Shown: positions 1 through 10,526, counted from the stretch's first letter. The stretch is DNA of 64,000 nucleotides from Nitrospinaceae bacterium (GCA_965237905.1 OZ250172.1:768001-832000); one strand, 5' to 3'. The notes: a model not told the origin generated them from the sequence alone. Numbers and translations: made by a program.

Positions 1-157
1 GCAGTTCGACGCTGTTGACCTTGGCCACTACTCCGGGAATATTCATGTCCTCGGTGAGGTCCTTGCCGCCCTGAGGTTCCGCCGCCCGAACGGGTGCGTT
101 CAAGATCAAGCTTGCAAGTAAGACGATTCCAAAAATCCAGCCTGAGGGTTTAAACAT
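1..157 (-). CDS. 5' part of an exported SurA/PrsA-like peptidyl-prolyl isomerase or chaperone (runs off the window edge)
   Basis: Manual translation from ATG at 157: MFKPSGWIFGIVLLASLILNAPVRAAEPQGGKDLTEDMNIPGVVAKVNSVEL; signal peptide plus VVAKVN motif typical of SurA N-terminal domains. Confidence 0.55.
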   Translation of the reverse strand, partial: MFKPSGWIFGIVLLASLILNAPVRAAEPQGGKDLTEDMNIPGVVAKVNSVEL

Positions 158-214
158 GCGTGTGACTCCAAATATATTGAGAATAGGAACGGCGCGATTT
201 CCGCCGGTGATTCC

Positions 215-619
215 TTACAGCTTCCACAAATAATCGATCAACGCCTCGATCTCTTCATCCGTCAACACGACCTTCTTACCGATAATCGTGGCCATGAAGC
301 TTTCCCGTGGTTTGGGTTTGCTTCCCCGGTAACGGAAGTAACGGGTGTTGATATCCTGCACGTTGGCATCATTCGTAGCCCAGACGGCGGCGGGATCCTT
401 CAACCATTTGCGGACCCAATCCTTGCTGTGCCGGTGCCGCACGCCCTGCAATCCGGGGCACACGGGAGCGAATACCGTTCCGGGATTGTGGATGTTGTGA
501 CACAACGCACAGTGCTTTTCCTTGAACAGCGCCGCACCCGGATCGGCAAACAGGGGCGAGGGTGCGGCCCATCCTAAAAATAAAAGCAGGGAACATACCA
601 CTCTTTGCGTCAATTTCAT
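215..619 (-). CDS. Monoheme class I cytochrome c, exported
   Basis: Signal peptide, CALCH heme motif, distal Met (SFMA), C-terminal LTDEEIEALIDYL helix. Confidence 0.9.
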   Translation of the reverse strand: MKLTQRVVCSLLLFLGWAAPSPLFADPGAALFKEKHCALCHNIHNPGTVFAPVCPGLQGVRHRHSKDWVRKWLKDPAAVWATNDANVQDINTRYFRYRGSKPKPRESFMATIIGKKVVLTDEEIEALIDYLWKL

Positions 620-634
620 AGTGGAAAATTAATC

Positions 635-699
635 TCCTGCCCGGAGAGGGAATTGGCTGACGCTCAACTGCAACCGATGATCCTGGGGCGCAAGCGGAG
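635..699 (+). repeat. Copy A of a dispersed ~65-nt structured element (GCTGAC-N24-GGGCGCAA)
   Basis: Aligns by eye with copies at 32084-32143, 32173-32233 and 57090-57155(-). Confidence 0.7.
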
Positions 700-884
700 A
701 ATCTCCCCCGAACTTTTGCTAACCGTTAACGGCGACCCATACCCTTGGAGGCAATTCATGGTTGTAAAGGCATTGCGAAAGTGCGTCAAGGCTACCATCG
801 TTTCAATCGGGTTGCAACCGGGCCAAGTTGACTCCCCTTCCGGCATGTGTGACAATCCCGGAAACCTTTTGCCGATTCTTCCCA

Positions 885-3503
885 ATGCCTTCCGTCCGCC
901 TATTTTCTTCCAAGTTCATTCCGCACTTTTGCCTGTTCCTTTCCGGACTGACCAGCCTGACGTATGAGCTGATCTGGATCAAGCAGTTGCGGCTGGTGTT
1001 TGGCGGGACCCTGTACGCCATCAGTGCCGTGTTGTGCGCGTTTATGGCGGGATTGGCGCTGGGGGCGTGGGGGATTTCGAAATACCTGCAGAAGCCGGGC
1101 CGGGAGAAGACCCACCTCGTCCGGCTGTACGGCATACTGGAAATCGGGATCGGCCTCTATGCCCTGCTATTCCCCTGGTTGCTGGAGGGATTGTCGGCCG
1201 TCTATCCCCACCTGATCGATCCGGCCACAGGATCGGGATTGCCCCGGCACTTCATCGAATTTAGTCTCAGCGCATTGCTGATGCTTCCCGCCACGTTCCT
1301 GATGGGCGCGACCCTGCCGGTGATCGGAAGCTGGTCCATCGGCGCCCAAAGCTCGAAAATATTTTCCAACCTGTCATTCCTCTATGCGCTCAACACCTTC
1401 GGCGCGGTGGCGGGAGTTTTGTACACCCAGTTTATTGGAACCGCCGTCCTTGGAATCCGGGGAACCAACCTGAGTGCGGTGGTTCTGAACGGCCTGGTGT
1501 TCGTGCTCTGTTGGTTCTGGAAACCGGGCGACGCCCAAGAACCGACACCGCCACGCCAACCAGAGACCCTGGTGGACGAAGAAAATGTTCCCTCACGCGG
1601 ACTTGGCTTGCTTCTGCTGGTCGTATTAGGTTTTTCCGGATTGGTGGCGCTGGCAAGTGAAATTCTGTGGACGCGCGTGTTGGTGTTTCCTTTGGGCAGT
1701 TCGCTGTATTCCTTTGCCATCATTCTCGCAACGTTTTTGTTCGGCAACGCACTGGGAAGCCTGATGGCGGGAAAACTACTGGGTCGATCGCGCTGGGTTC
1801 TCAAATTCCTCGCGGTGGAATTGAGCATCGGTCTGCTCTGCCTGTTGATGTTCCCGGCATTTGACAATCTTACGGAATGGACACTGAAAGCCGATCAATT
1901 GTTTTATTCTTTGGAGAATACCCCTGAACGCACTCTGATGATACGGTCGCTAGCCGCTTTCGCGCTGATGATTCTGCCGACGTTGGGATTTGGTCTGGTG
2001 TATCCTTTGGCCAATCATATTCATTTCAATTTTTTCGGCAGTGTGACCGGAACACTGGGTAACAGTTACGCCGTTAATACCATCGGCGGCATTCTGGGAA
2101 CTTTGCTCACTCCCTTCCTACTGTTGCCTTTGTGGGGAATACAAAAATCTCTCTTCATCTTATATGCCGTGCTGATCGCATTGAGCCTGGCGGGGCTGGC
2201 CTGGCACCGGGGCAACCGGTTCAGGCAATGGGCGGTTGCGCTGGCTGTGGGCGGACTGGTTATTTTCGGCAGTTACGCCGCCTTCACGCCTTCGTGGGCG
2301 GGACAAAAACTGGGCGAGAACAACCTGTCCCGCGTTGAAATCAATACGGCTCCTGAAAACTTAAAACTACTCGACTACAAAGAAGGCAATTTTTCGACCC
2401 TGAGCGTGGTGGAGGATCAGCAATCCGGCGCGCGGACTTTATATGTGGACGGGTTCAGCACGGCGACCGTGTCCAACTCCGTCGGCGGAAGCGCCTATAT
2501 GCAGGCGATGGGATTCGTGCCGATGATCCTGCATCCCGATCCGAAGCACGCGCTGGTCATGTGCTTCGGCACCGGCAACACGCTGGGTACGGTATCGCGT
2601 TTTCCGGGGGTGACGGTCGACGGGGTGGAGATCGACCGTAACGTCATTTCAATGGCACATTGGTTTTCCCGGTGGAATCACGACGCGATCAACCGGGGTA
2701 ACGTGCGCCTGACTTATCAGGACGCGCGCGGGTTCATCCGTTGGACGGATAAACTGTATGATGTCATCACACTGGAGCCGATGTCGCCGGTGCAGGCGGG
2801 AGTCAATAATCTGTATTCCAAGGAATTTTACGAGCAGTCCCGACAACGGTTGACTCCGGGAGGATTGATGATGCAGTGGCTTCCCCTGCATCTGGTGGGA
2901 CCGGAAGATGCGCGGGCCATTGTCAAAACGTTTCAATCGGTATTTCCCCACACCAGCGTGTGGAACAGTTATCTGACGCGTATTGTTCTACTGGTGGGAT
3001 CGGACGAACCGCAGGTGCTCGACAAATCCCGATTCGAAGACACCATGAAGCATGCTGAAGTGAGGGAGATGGCGGAACAAATCGGGATTTTCAATTTTTT
3101 GGATATGATGGATTTTTACCTGACCGATGGAAAATCATTGGCCCCGCTGGTGGGTCGCGCTTCGGTCATCACAGACGACCGCCCCTTACTGGAGCATTCC
3201 CCGGCGACTTTGGTCCCTCCGCTGAAGCGGGAGACCGATGAATCGTTTTTAAGTCTATTGCAATACCGGGTAGGACAGTTTCCCTCCACGAGAGGAATTA
3301 GACCGGAAGAGATTACCTATTTTCAAAGGAATTATGAAATGCGAACTGCGCAGAGAATTTCAATTTTTTCGCAGAGGTACCAGGGACCGGGAGCGGGGGC
3401 TTTTGCCCGGAAAAATTACCGGGCGGGACTCGAACAGGTACAAATCTTCCTCAAAACACACGAAGGACCTTTTATTCAACTATCCGGCTCAGGCTGGAAG
3501 TAG
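885..3503 (+). CDS. Fused multi-pass membrane / spermidine synthase-like SAM-dependent transferase
   Basis: N-terminal repeated TM blocks (SGLTSLTYELIW, LPATFLMGATLP) and C-terminal Rossmann domain (CFGTG, VEID, DARGF, YDVITLEP); start placed at ATG 885. Confidence 0.85.
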   Translation: MPSVRLFSSKFIPHFCLFLSGLTSLTYELIWIKQLRLVFGGTLYAISAVLCAFMAGLALGAWGISKYLQKPGREKTHLVRLYGILEIGIGLYALLFPWLLEGLSAVYPHLIDPATGSGLPRHFIEFSLSALLMLPATFLMGATLPVIGSWSIGAQSSKIFSNLSFLYALNTFGAVAGVLYTQFIGTAVLGIRGTNLSAVVLNGLVFVLCWFWKPGDAQEPTPPRQPETLVDEENVPSRGLGLLLLVVLGFSGLVALASEILWTRVLVFPLGSSLYSFAIILATFLFGNALGSLMAGKLLGRSRWVLKFLAVELSIGLLCLLMFPAFDNLTEWTLKADQLFYSLENTPERTLMIRSLAAFALMILPTLGFGLVYPLANHIHFNFFGSVTGTLGNSYAVNTIGGILGTLLTPFLLLPLWGIQKSLFILYAVLIALSLAGLAWHRGNRFRQWAVALAVGGLVIFGSYAAFTPSWAGQKLGENNLSRVEINTAPENLKLLDYKEGNFSTLSVVEDQQSGARTLYVDGFSTATVSNSVGGSAYMQAMGFVPMILHPDPKHALVMCFGTGNTLGTVSRFPGVTVDGVEIDRNVISMAHWFSRWNHDAINRGNVRLTYQDARGFIRWTDKLYDVITLEPMSPVQAGVNNLYSKEFYEQSRQRLTPGGLMMQWLPLHLVGPEDARAIVKTFQSVFPHTSVWNSYLTRIVLLVGSDEPQVLDKSRFEDTMKHAEVREMAEQIGIFNFLDMMDFYLTDGKSLAPLVGRASVITDDRPLLEHSPATLVPPLKRETDESFLSLLQYRVGQFPSTRGIRPEEITYFQRNYEMRTAQRISIFSQRYQGPGAGAFARKNYRAGLEQVQIFLKTHEGPFIQLSGSGWK

Positions 3504-3544
3504 ACACTCCCTGCCCTGCATTCAACCCATGGTAAAGCAGGGCT

Positions 3545-3949
3545 TTATTTTTTCCGGAAAGAAGGCTTTTCGTATCTTTCATCAACTTTTCCGTTTACCA
3601 CACTACTGAAAATATTGAAGATCATTTTACCGCCGAATAAAACGCCAACGACGAGAAGCAGATAAAAAACTCCGTTCACCACCATCGCTACTCCACTGCC
3701 ATTTTCCATACCCCACATTTTATTGACCGCGTCGGTGACACTTTTGATCCAGTTCGTAATACCGCTGAAAAAACTACCCGTACTATCAGCCGCGCCGGAC
3801 AACTTCTCTTTGGCCTCCTCGGACGCTTCCGAAGTTTCAGCCCAAACGGTGGCAGGATTAAAAACCACATTAGTGGTTAATGTAAATATAAAGATCGAGA
3901 ATAGACTCATTACAAATACTGCGCCTTTATTGCTCCATTTATTAAACAA
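3545..3949 (-). CDS. Hypothetical membrane protein
   Basis: TTG start with AGGAGG ribosome-binding site; N-terminal signal-like helix and a second TM helix. Confidence 0.7.
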   Translation of the reverse strand: MFNKWSNKGAVFVMSLFSIFIFTLTTNVVFNPATVWAETSEASEEAKEKLSGAADSTGSFFSGITNWIKSVTDAVNKMWGMENGSGVAMVVNGVFYLLLVVGVLFGGKMIFNIFSSVVNGKVDERYEKPSFRKK

Positions 3950-3983
3950 GGTAATTTCCTCCTAAAAATTAATATTTTGAAGG

Positions 3984-4556
3984 TCAGGTCAGGATCATAT
4001 CCTGAACTTTGCCCAACCCTTCAGCGTTCTTCAATAATTCCTGACCTTCTGCACTGATACCGTTACCGAAAACATCCAGATATTTCAGATCGGAAAGGGT
4101 CATCGATTCCGACAAGGCCTTAGCCCCTTCATCACCTACATTATTCTGCGCTATATCCAACCTCACCAGACGGGACAGGTACAACGACTGAGCGAGAGCC
4201 TTCGCTCCATCTGATCCCACCTTGGTTTTCCATAAGTTCAGATATTTCAAGTTGGAGAAATTAGAAGATTCCGCGACGACACGCGTCCCTTCATCTCCCA
4301 GGTCGTTCCGTTCCAGGTGAAGCTCGACCAGCCCGGTAATGACTTGGGATTCTGCCAAAGCGCGAATGCCTTCCGGACCGATATCGTTGCGCTCCAGATT
4401 CAGCACCTCCAAACCCCGGAGGGCGTCGGTCCCAGCCACGATTTTCAAGCCATCATCCCCGATATACTTGAGCCTGAGATCCAGCGATTTGCCATCCTCG
4501 GACAGCAATTTGGGGATCAACTGCTCTACCGGTTCATCATTAAAAGGCTTGCTCAT
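3984..4556 (-). CDS. Leucine-rich repeat protein (ribonuclease-inhibitor-like, ~28-aa repeats)
   Basis: Repeated LxxLxLxxNxIGxEGxxALA units. Confidence 0.9.
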   Translation of the reverse strand: MSKPFNDEPVEQLIPKLLSEDGKSLDLRLKYIGDDGLKIVAGTDALRGLEVLNLERNDIGPEGIRALAESQVITGLVELHLERNDLGDEGTRVVAESSNFSNLKYLNLWKTKVGSDGAKALAQSLYLSRLVRLDIAQNNVGDEGAKALSESMTLSDLKYLDVFGNGISAEGQELLKNAEGLGKVQDMILT

Positions 4557-4851
4557 AGACGATTCTAATCCCCTTCCAAATTCTTCTCAAATACCTCTTA
4601 TTGAGTGGATTTTTAGTGTAACATGAAAGATTACAAACTGGATATACCTGATTCATTTGGCACATAAAATCAAATAGTTATGGTAGGCCAGAATACCTAA
4701 TAAGAGGAAAGAAAAAACATACCTGCCCCGATCTCAGTGCGTTTGGGTCCCTACCCGTCCCTTCCGGTGCGGTCCTCCAACTCCTGGGTTGATGTGCGGA
4801 CCGGAAAACAACATAATGTTCCCAAGGTCGAATGATCGACCGGAGACCCCA

Positions 4852-5769
4852 ATGGCGGAAAACACACAATTCAGTTACGGACCGGAAACCCTATCGGAGA
4901 TTTCCTCCCTCAGCATCCGGGCCATCCAATTGGTCGAAGGCCTGCTGTCGGGTCACCACCGGAGCCCTCATAAAGGCTCCAGCGTTGAATTCGCGGAATA
5001 CAAGGACTACTCGCCAGGCGACGATATCCGCCATATCGACTGGAAAGTGGTGGGCAAAACGGACAAATACCACGTCAAGCAGTTCGAACAATCCACCAAT
5101 CTGAAATGCACAATTCTGCTCGACGCCAGCGGGTCCATGGCCTACCGCTCACCCGACTCTAAATCCCCCGGCATGGACAAAAGGGATTATGCGCGCACGC
5201 TGGTGGCGGCCATGGGATACCTCCTCTTAAAACAATTTGACGCTGTGGGACTGACCCTGTTCAACGACGAAGTGGTGTCGCATCTTCCTCCCCGGTCCAA
5301 ACCCTCGCATTTCCAGAATATTCTGAATGGGTTGCAGGATATGGAGTTCAAGGGAGTCACCCGGGTGGAAGAAGTGGTGGGAGATTTGATCGAACGCCTG
5401 CCGGGGCGTGGCATGCTGATTTTGGTCTCCGACCTGTTAACGCGGGAAGACGATGTATTCAAAACGCTCAAAATGCTCAAGTCCCGCGGGCTGGAGGTCA
5501 TTCTGTTTCACGTCCTCCACCCGGACGAAGTAACCCTGCCGTTTGAAGGCGACCTTGTTTTTGAATCGCTGGAGGACGATCCGCCTTTGGGACTGGACCC
5601 ATTCGACGTGCGCCAACAATATCAGAAAGCCATTCAAGATCAGATCGGGTTCTACACAAAGAACTGCCCGACTTTGGGTATCGATTATCTGTTTTTGGAA
5701 ACCACCACGCCGCTGGAACAGGCGTTACGGTATTATCTTCTCCGCCGAAAAAGTTTGCGAAAAATATGA
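4852..5769 (+). CDS. DUF58 family protein (MoxR-associated)
   Basis: GHHRSPHKGSSVEFAEYKDYSPGDDIRHIDWK motif, DASGSM, ILVSD; start at ATG 4852. Confidence 0.9.
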   Translation: MAENTQFSYGPETLSEISSLSIRAIQLVEGLLSGHHRSPHKGSSVEFAEYKDYSPGDDIRHIDWKVVGKTDKYHVKQFEQSTNLKCTILLDASGSMAYRSPDSKSPGMDKRDYARTLVAAMGYLLLKQFDAVGLTLFNDEVVSHLPPRSKPSHFQNILNGLQDMEFKGVTRVEEVVGDLIERLPGRGMLILVSDLLTREDDVFKTLKMLKSRGLEVILFHVLHPDEVTLPFEGDLVFESLEDDPPLGLDPFDVRQQYQKAIQDQIGFYTKNCPTLGIDYLFLETTTPLEQALRYYLLRRKSLRKI

Positions 5770-7919
5770 ATTTCAGTTTCACATCCCCGTGGTACCTGCT
5801 GGGACTGTTAGGCCTGGCGCTACCGATCCTGATCCATTTACTGACCCGCCGCCAGCAGACCCGGCTCAAATTTTCAGCGGTCTACCTGTTGCAACAGGCG
5901 CAGAAGCGGACGGTGCGCAAATCCCGGCCCAACAAGCTCCTCCTCCTGCTCTTGCGTTGTCTGGCGATCGGTTTTCTGTGCCTGGCGCTGGCCAATCCCA
6001 TTCTTTCGTCCGGCGGCCTGGAGAATGTTCTGGCGTCACGTCCTTCCGCCCATGTGTTTATTCTGGATGATTCCTACAGCATGTCCGCGACGAGCGATCA
6101 GGGAACTTTGTTCGACCGGGCGACGAAGACACTGACGGAACTGATCGAGAAACTTCCCAGCAACCATTCCTTCAGTCTTGTGCTCGCATCCGATCCCGCC
6201 CGCATGGTGCAGGACTGGACGGAAGACCCAGGCAAAACCCTGAAATGGTTAAAGGCGGCCCAACCCACACATCGCACCACCAGCATCGGCAAAGCCGTGA
6301 CTGCGGCGGCCGATCTCCTAAATACCGCGCCACAGGAAAACAAACGGGTTTTTATCCTGACCGATATGGATCAGAACGGCTGGGACCGGGATGAATTCTC
6401 CACGGCGTTTGCAGAAGATTCACGAACCCAGATCAAAATCATCGACTTTTCAGAATCACAAAAAGGACTCAACCGGGCGCTCGTGCAGAAGGTCAAACTG
6501 AATCAGGAATTCCTCACCAACCGCCGGGTCATCCGGGTGCAGGCCACGATCGTCAACCTGCTACCGGACCGGGCCATCAAGCAACTCCCCGTCACCCTGT
6601 TCGTCAACGGCAAGCGGCAGAGCGAAAGCACAATCGATCTGCCCGCCCAAGGCGAGGCGACTCATGAATTTTCGTTCCCTTTATTGAATAGTGATCCGAT
6701 TTTGGGCCATGTTGAAATTCAGGAAGACGCTCTGACGGCGGACAATCGGCGTCTGTTCGTCTATCAACCCGACCGCAAAATCAAAGCACTGGTGGTGGAT
6801 GGCGACCCGCGCGGTGTAGCACATCAGCACGACTCGTTTTATGTCGAGAAAGCCCTCAATCCGTTTTCTTCCCCCATGGCCGATATCGAGCCCACTGTAT
6901 CCACTCTCTCGGAATTTTCGGAACGGGATTTGAAACAGTATTCCGTGATCATTTTGTGCAACGTCCGGGACCTGGCGATCGGCCTCGAACAAGAACTGGA
7001 AAAATTCGTACTGCGGGGCGGCTCTTTGTTCATCGGTCTGGGAGATCAGGTCGACCCCAAATACTACAATGAAAAATTGGGGTTGCTTCTGCCGGTTACT
7101 TTGAAATCCATCAATCAGGTGAGAACCAAGGACAAGCCGTTCTACCTTAGGGCGCAACCCAGTGATCATCCGGCCTTGAAGGTGTTTACCGGAAGCATGT
7201 TAAAGGAGATGGCGCGTATTCCTTTTCGGACCCTCTACAGTATCGAACCCCGGCGCGGCAGAGCGTTTCAGGAGCCGATGCATTTCACCAACCAATTCCC
7301 CGCAGTGATCGAATCGGAGTTCGGCGAGGGCAAGGTTATCCTGTATGTCTCTTCTCTGGATCGGGACTGGAACAATTTCCCCATTCACCCCACGTTTCTT
7401 CCCTGGATCCAACGCTGGGTGAAATACACCGCGCAGGGCCTCGAAAATATTTCCCGCCACGACGTAACCGTGGGCGCACCGCTGGTGCTGGAGGAAATGG
7501 AACAACCGCCGTTGGTGGTCGCGCCCGGCGGCAAAATTTCCATCGCCCGGAAAAATCCCCAGTCGCCCCCGGTGTTTGAAGACACCCATCGCCCGGGAGT
7601 TTATGAATTGTATCAATGGGCAGGGCCGCCCGTTTCCGGTTCGGCGGATTCTCCACCCCCTGCGCCTAAACAGTTGCCCTCTGATGCCAAACGGTTGGGA
7701 AATTTTACCGTCAATTTCGATCCGGCAGAATCCGCCCCTGGCAAAGTTCCTGAAAAGGAATTGTCGCAATATTTTCCCGGAGCGCAGGTGGACTATTCCC
7801 CGGCCGATCAGGCGCTGAACGCGGCCTCGGTCGGCGCTGGCGTGCCTCTGACCACCCTGTTGTTCCTGATGCTGGCAGTCATGATGTTCTGGGAGGGTTG
7901 GGTCGTCCGTAAAGAATGA
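5766..7919 (+). CDS. BatA N-terminal domain plus vWA domain membrane protein
   Basis: LPILIHL...F...LLLLLRCL BatA motif, MIDAS DDSYS, C-terminal TM; ATGA overlap with the DUF58 gene. Confidence 0.88.
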   Translation: MNFSFTSPWYLLGLLGLALPILIHLLTRRQQTRLKFSAVYLLQQAQKRTVRKSRPNKLLLLLLRCLAIGFLCLALANPILSSGGLENVLASRPSAHVFILDDSYSMSATSDQGTLFDRATKTLTELIEKLPSNHSFSLVLASDPARMVQDWTEDPGKTLKWLKAAQPTHRTTSIGKAVTAAADLLNTAPQENKRVFILTDMDQNGWDRDEFSTAFAEDSRTQIKIIDFSESQKGLNRALVQKVKLNQEFLTNRRVIRVQATIVNLLPDRAIKQLPVTLFVNGKRQSESTIDLPAQGEATHEFSFPLLNSDPILGHVEIQEDALTADNRRLFVYQPDRKIKALVVDGDPRGVAHQHDSFYVEKALNPFSSPMADIEPTVSTLSEFSERDLKQYSVIILCNVRDLAIGLEQELEKFVLRGGSLFIGLGDQVDPKYYNEKLGLLLPVTLKSINQVRTKDKPFYLRAQPSDHPALKVFTGSMLKEMARIPFRTLYSIEPRRGRAFQEPMHFTNQFPAVIESEFGEGKVILYVSSLDRDWNNFPIHPTFLPWIQRWVKYTAQGLENISRHDVTVGAPLVLEEMEQPPLVVAPGGKISIARKNPQSPPVFEDTHRPGVYELYQWAGPPVSGSADSPPPAPKQLPSDAKRLGNFTVNFDPAESAPGKVPEKELSQYFPGAQVDYSPADQALNAASVGAGVPLTTLLFLMLAVMMFWEGWVVRKE

Positions 7920-8009
7920 CCCGGATTCCCCCCGTATGTTTGCGAAACTCATTCTGCTATAATAATTTAAGCCCATGCAGTATCAATTCGTATAACTGTT
8001 GAGTTTTCT

Positions 8010-10526
8010 ATGAATTTCCGAGCACACCCCACTGCCAAATTGATCGGGACTCTGGCTCTCTGTCTGACTTTGACCGGAGCGATGCCCTCCCAAGCCGCGA
8101 CCCAGATCTCGGTAACGGAAGAACTGGTCGCCACCCTGGCCCTTCCGGAAAACAAGATCGATCTGGCCGAAACGCTCCTTTTGATCTCGCGTCATTGGGA
8201 CCCCCGGCTGGACACGGCCCCTCTCAAGAAAACGCTGGGCCGGTTGACCGAATCGGCCCGCAGTCAACTCAAGGGCAATCCCTCCCCGAAGCAAACCGTT
8301 GAAATTCTGCGCAAGGTCATTCATGAGGAGGGGAAATACCGTTACACCGAGGCGCTGGACCCGGCGGGCATGCCGGTCAATCCGGCTGAATTGTTTCTGC
8401 ACGGGCTGTTACAGACCCACCGGGGTTATTGCATGAACCTGTCCCTGCTGTATCTCATCCTCGCCGAGCGATTGAACCTGCCGTTGGTCGGGGTGCCTCT
8501 GCCGAATCATTTTTTCGTGCGTTACGACTCGTCGGAGTACCGGGTGAATATCGAAGCGACGGAAGGGGGAACAGCGTTTCCCGATTCGTTTTACGAACAA
8601 CGGTTTGGTGTGGCTAAGGGTTCGAAATACTTCCTGACCAATCTGGGTAAGAAACAAACGCTGGGGGCCTACTTCTCGAATGTCGGGCTGGTCATGTACC
8701 GCGCGGCCAAACCTCAGATCGCTATTTTTTATCTGGAGCAGTCAGCCAGCATCAATCCGCAATCCATTGACGCGCTCAACAACCTGGGTAACATCTACTC
8801 GGAATTAAAACAACACGACAAATCCATCCACGCATACGAGCGGGCCTTGAAGGCCGACCCTGGAAATTTTTCCACATTGTCCAACCTGGGACTGGCCTAT
8901 ATGGAAACGAATGCTCTGGAAAAAGCCGAAGAGACATTCCTGCAGGCAACGCAGATCAATCCTCGGTATCATCTGGCACATGAAATGCTGACGCGGATTT
9001 ACATGCAACGGAAAAAGTTTGCGAGCGCACTTCTCCATTTGAAAATCATGAAACGCCTGCAACCGGGACGGCTCCTCACCGAATTGAACATCGGAACCGT
9101 GCTCCTGGAAATGGGTCAGGCGGAACTGGCCCTGAAATACTTCGAAGACCTGCAAAGCCGCTACCCGCAGGCCATCGAGGTCAACCAACGTATAGCGGAG
9201 ACGCACTACCGGCAGAAGGAGTACCCAAAAGCGATCGTTCAATATGAGTTCATCATCGAGCGCGCTCCCCGGTTCATTGAAAATTACATTCAACTGGGGT
9301 GGATTCATTACCAAATGGGAAGCATCGCGAAGGCTATCGAAGTCACCCGGCAGGGCCTTCGGTCCAGCCCACAGGCGAACCGGCTCACCACTCTGGCCCA
9401 CATGAACCTGGGGTTTTATCATGTGCTTGAAAAAAAATTCGGTGCCGCCGAGAAGTGGTACCAGAAAGCACTCAACGCCGAAGACCCGAAAGCGGTCGAT
9501 GCGATGATCGAGGATTTGAGCGGTGCCTTCAAAAATTATCCCGGTATTCCTGAAATGAATTATTTCGGCGGGTGGATTTTATTCCAAGGCGGCCAGAAGG
9601 ATAAAGCCCGACAATGGCTCGACCGTTACCTGGCCCAAAGTCCCAAAGGCCCTTTTGCCGGAAAAGCGCGGAGCTTTCTGAAAAAAGTTGCGCTTTCGGT
9701 GCCGGAAGACATGATTCTGGTTCCCAAGGGATTTTTCATCATGGGAGCCAACGGGCACGGCGATGACGAAGCTCCGGAACACAAGGTTTACCTGGACTCC
9801 TACTTTATCGATAAATATGAAGTGACGGCAGCTCAGTTCGCCACGTTTTTAAACGATGTCAAAACCTTCAAGGAATTTTATAAGGACAGCAAATTCGGCA
9901 TGCTGATACTGGAAAAGGATTTCAGGCCCCGTAAAGGTTTGGAATCCTATCCTATCAACAACGTGACCTGGTTCGGAGCGGCGGCCTTCTGCAAATGGAA
10001 GAACAAGCGCCTGCCCACCGAAGCGGAATGGGAAAAAGCGGCGCGTGGAACCGGGGGAAACTTCTTCCCATGGGGAAACGATCCGATCGCCCCGCAAAAA
10101 GCCCGGTATCTACAGGACTGGACCGAAGAGATCGCCCACCGCGTGATGGTCCCGGTCAATTCCATGCCGGAGGGAAAAAGCTCATTTGGGCTGTTTCACA
10201 TGCTGGGTAACGTCAAAGAATGGGTGGACGACTGGTATGATCGGGAGTATTATAAGGAACAAAATCACAAGTTAAATCCAAAGGGACAGATCGGGGGGGA
10301 GTTCAAAGTCCTCAAAGGCGGGTCGTGGAGAGACCTCAGGTCCTTTGTTTACGCCTCCTTCCGGAACAACAGCTACCCGAATACGGCACTGGACGATTAT
10401 GGGTTCCGGTGCACTCAGGATGGGCTGGAAAGTTCCGCCCCCAAGCGGCTGACTTCTCTGGAACATTTATTCATTCCAGCACGGCTGGAACATACGCCTC
10501 AGGGAGGCTCAGGACACAATCCATGA
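8010..10526 (+). CDS. Exported transglutaminase-like (SirB1/Transglut_core2) + TPR + FGE-sulfatase (SUMF1-like) fusion
   Basis: RGYCMNLS...PNHFFVRY...NIEAT; multiple TPRs; RLPTEAEWEKAARG, GNVKEW, VLKGGSW, GFRC. Confidence 0.85.
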   Translation: MNFRAHPTAKLIGTLALCLTLTGAMPSQAATQISVTEELVATLALPENKIDLAETLLLISRHWDPRLDTAPLKKTLGRLTESARSQLKGNPSPKQTVEILRKVIHEEGKYRYTEALDPAGMPVNPAELFLHGLLQTHRGYCMNLSLLYLILAERLNLPLVGVPLPNHFFVRYDSSEYRVNIEATEGGTAFPDSFYEQRFGVAKGSKYFLTNLGKKQTLGAYFSNVGLVMYRAAKPQIAIFYLEQSASINPQSIDALNNLGNIYSELKQHDKSIHAYERALKADPGNFSTLSNLGLAYMETNALEKAEETFLQATQINPRYHLAHEMLTRIYMQRKKFASALLHLKIMKRLQPGRLLTELNIGTVLLEMGQAELALKYFEDLQSRYPQAIEVNQRIAETHYRQKEYPKAIVQYEFIIERAPRFIENYIQLGWIHYQMGSIAKAIEVTRQGLRSSPQANRLTTLAHMNLGFYHVLEKKFGAAEKWYQKALNAEDPKAVDAMIEDLSGAFKNYPGIPEMNYFGGWILFQGGQKDKARQWLDRYLAQSPKGPFAGKARSFLKKVALSVPEDMILVPKGFFIMGANGHGDDEAPEHKVYLDSYFIDKYEVTAAQFATFLNDVKTFKEFYKDSKFGMLILEKDFRPRKGLESYPINNVTWFGAAAFCKWKNKRLPTEAEWEKAARGTGGNFFPWGNDPIAPQKARYLQDWTEEIAHRVMVPVNSMPEGKSSFGLFHMLGNVKEWVDDWYDREYYKEQNHKLNPKGQIGGEFKVLKGGSWRDLRSFVYASFRNNSYPNTALDDYGFRCTQDGLESSAPKRLTSLEHLFIPARLEHTPQGGSGHNP

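Noticed and set aside
605..967. 120-aa ORF spanning element copy A, implying the repeat is protein-coding
   Set aside because: Copy C has a stop in the equivalent frame and copy B has a 1-nt indel; the ORF overlaps both flanking genes
4680..4810. TPP or cobalamin riboswitch, or SRP RNA
   Set aside because: Only isolated words (CTGAGA, ACCTGCC, CCGGAAGG), without the required order or structure
10300..10420. FGE/CLec C-terminus as a diversity-generating retroelement variable region
   Set aside because: No adenine-variant template repeat and no reverse transcriptase seen in the window
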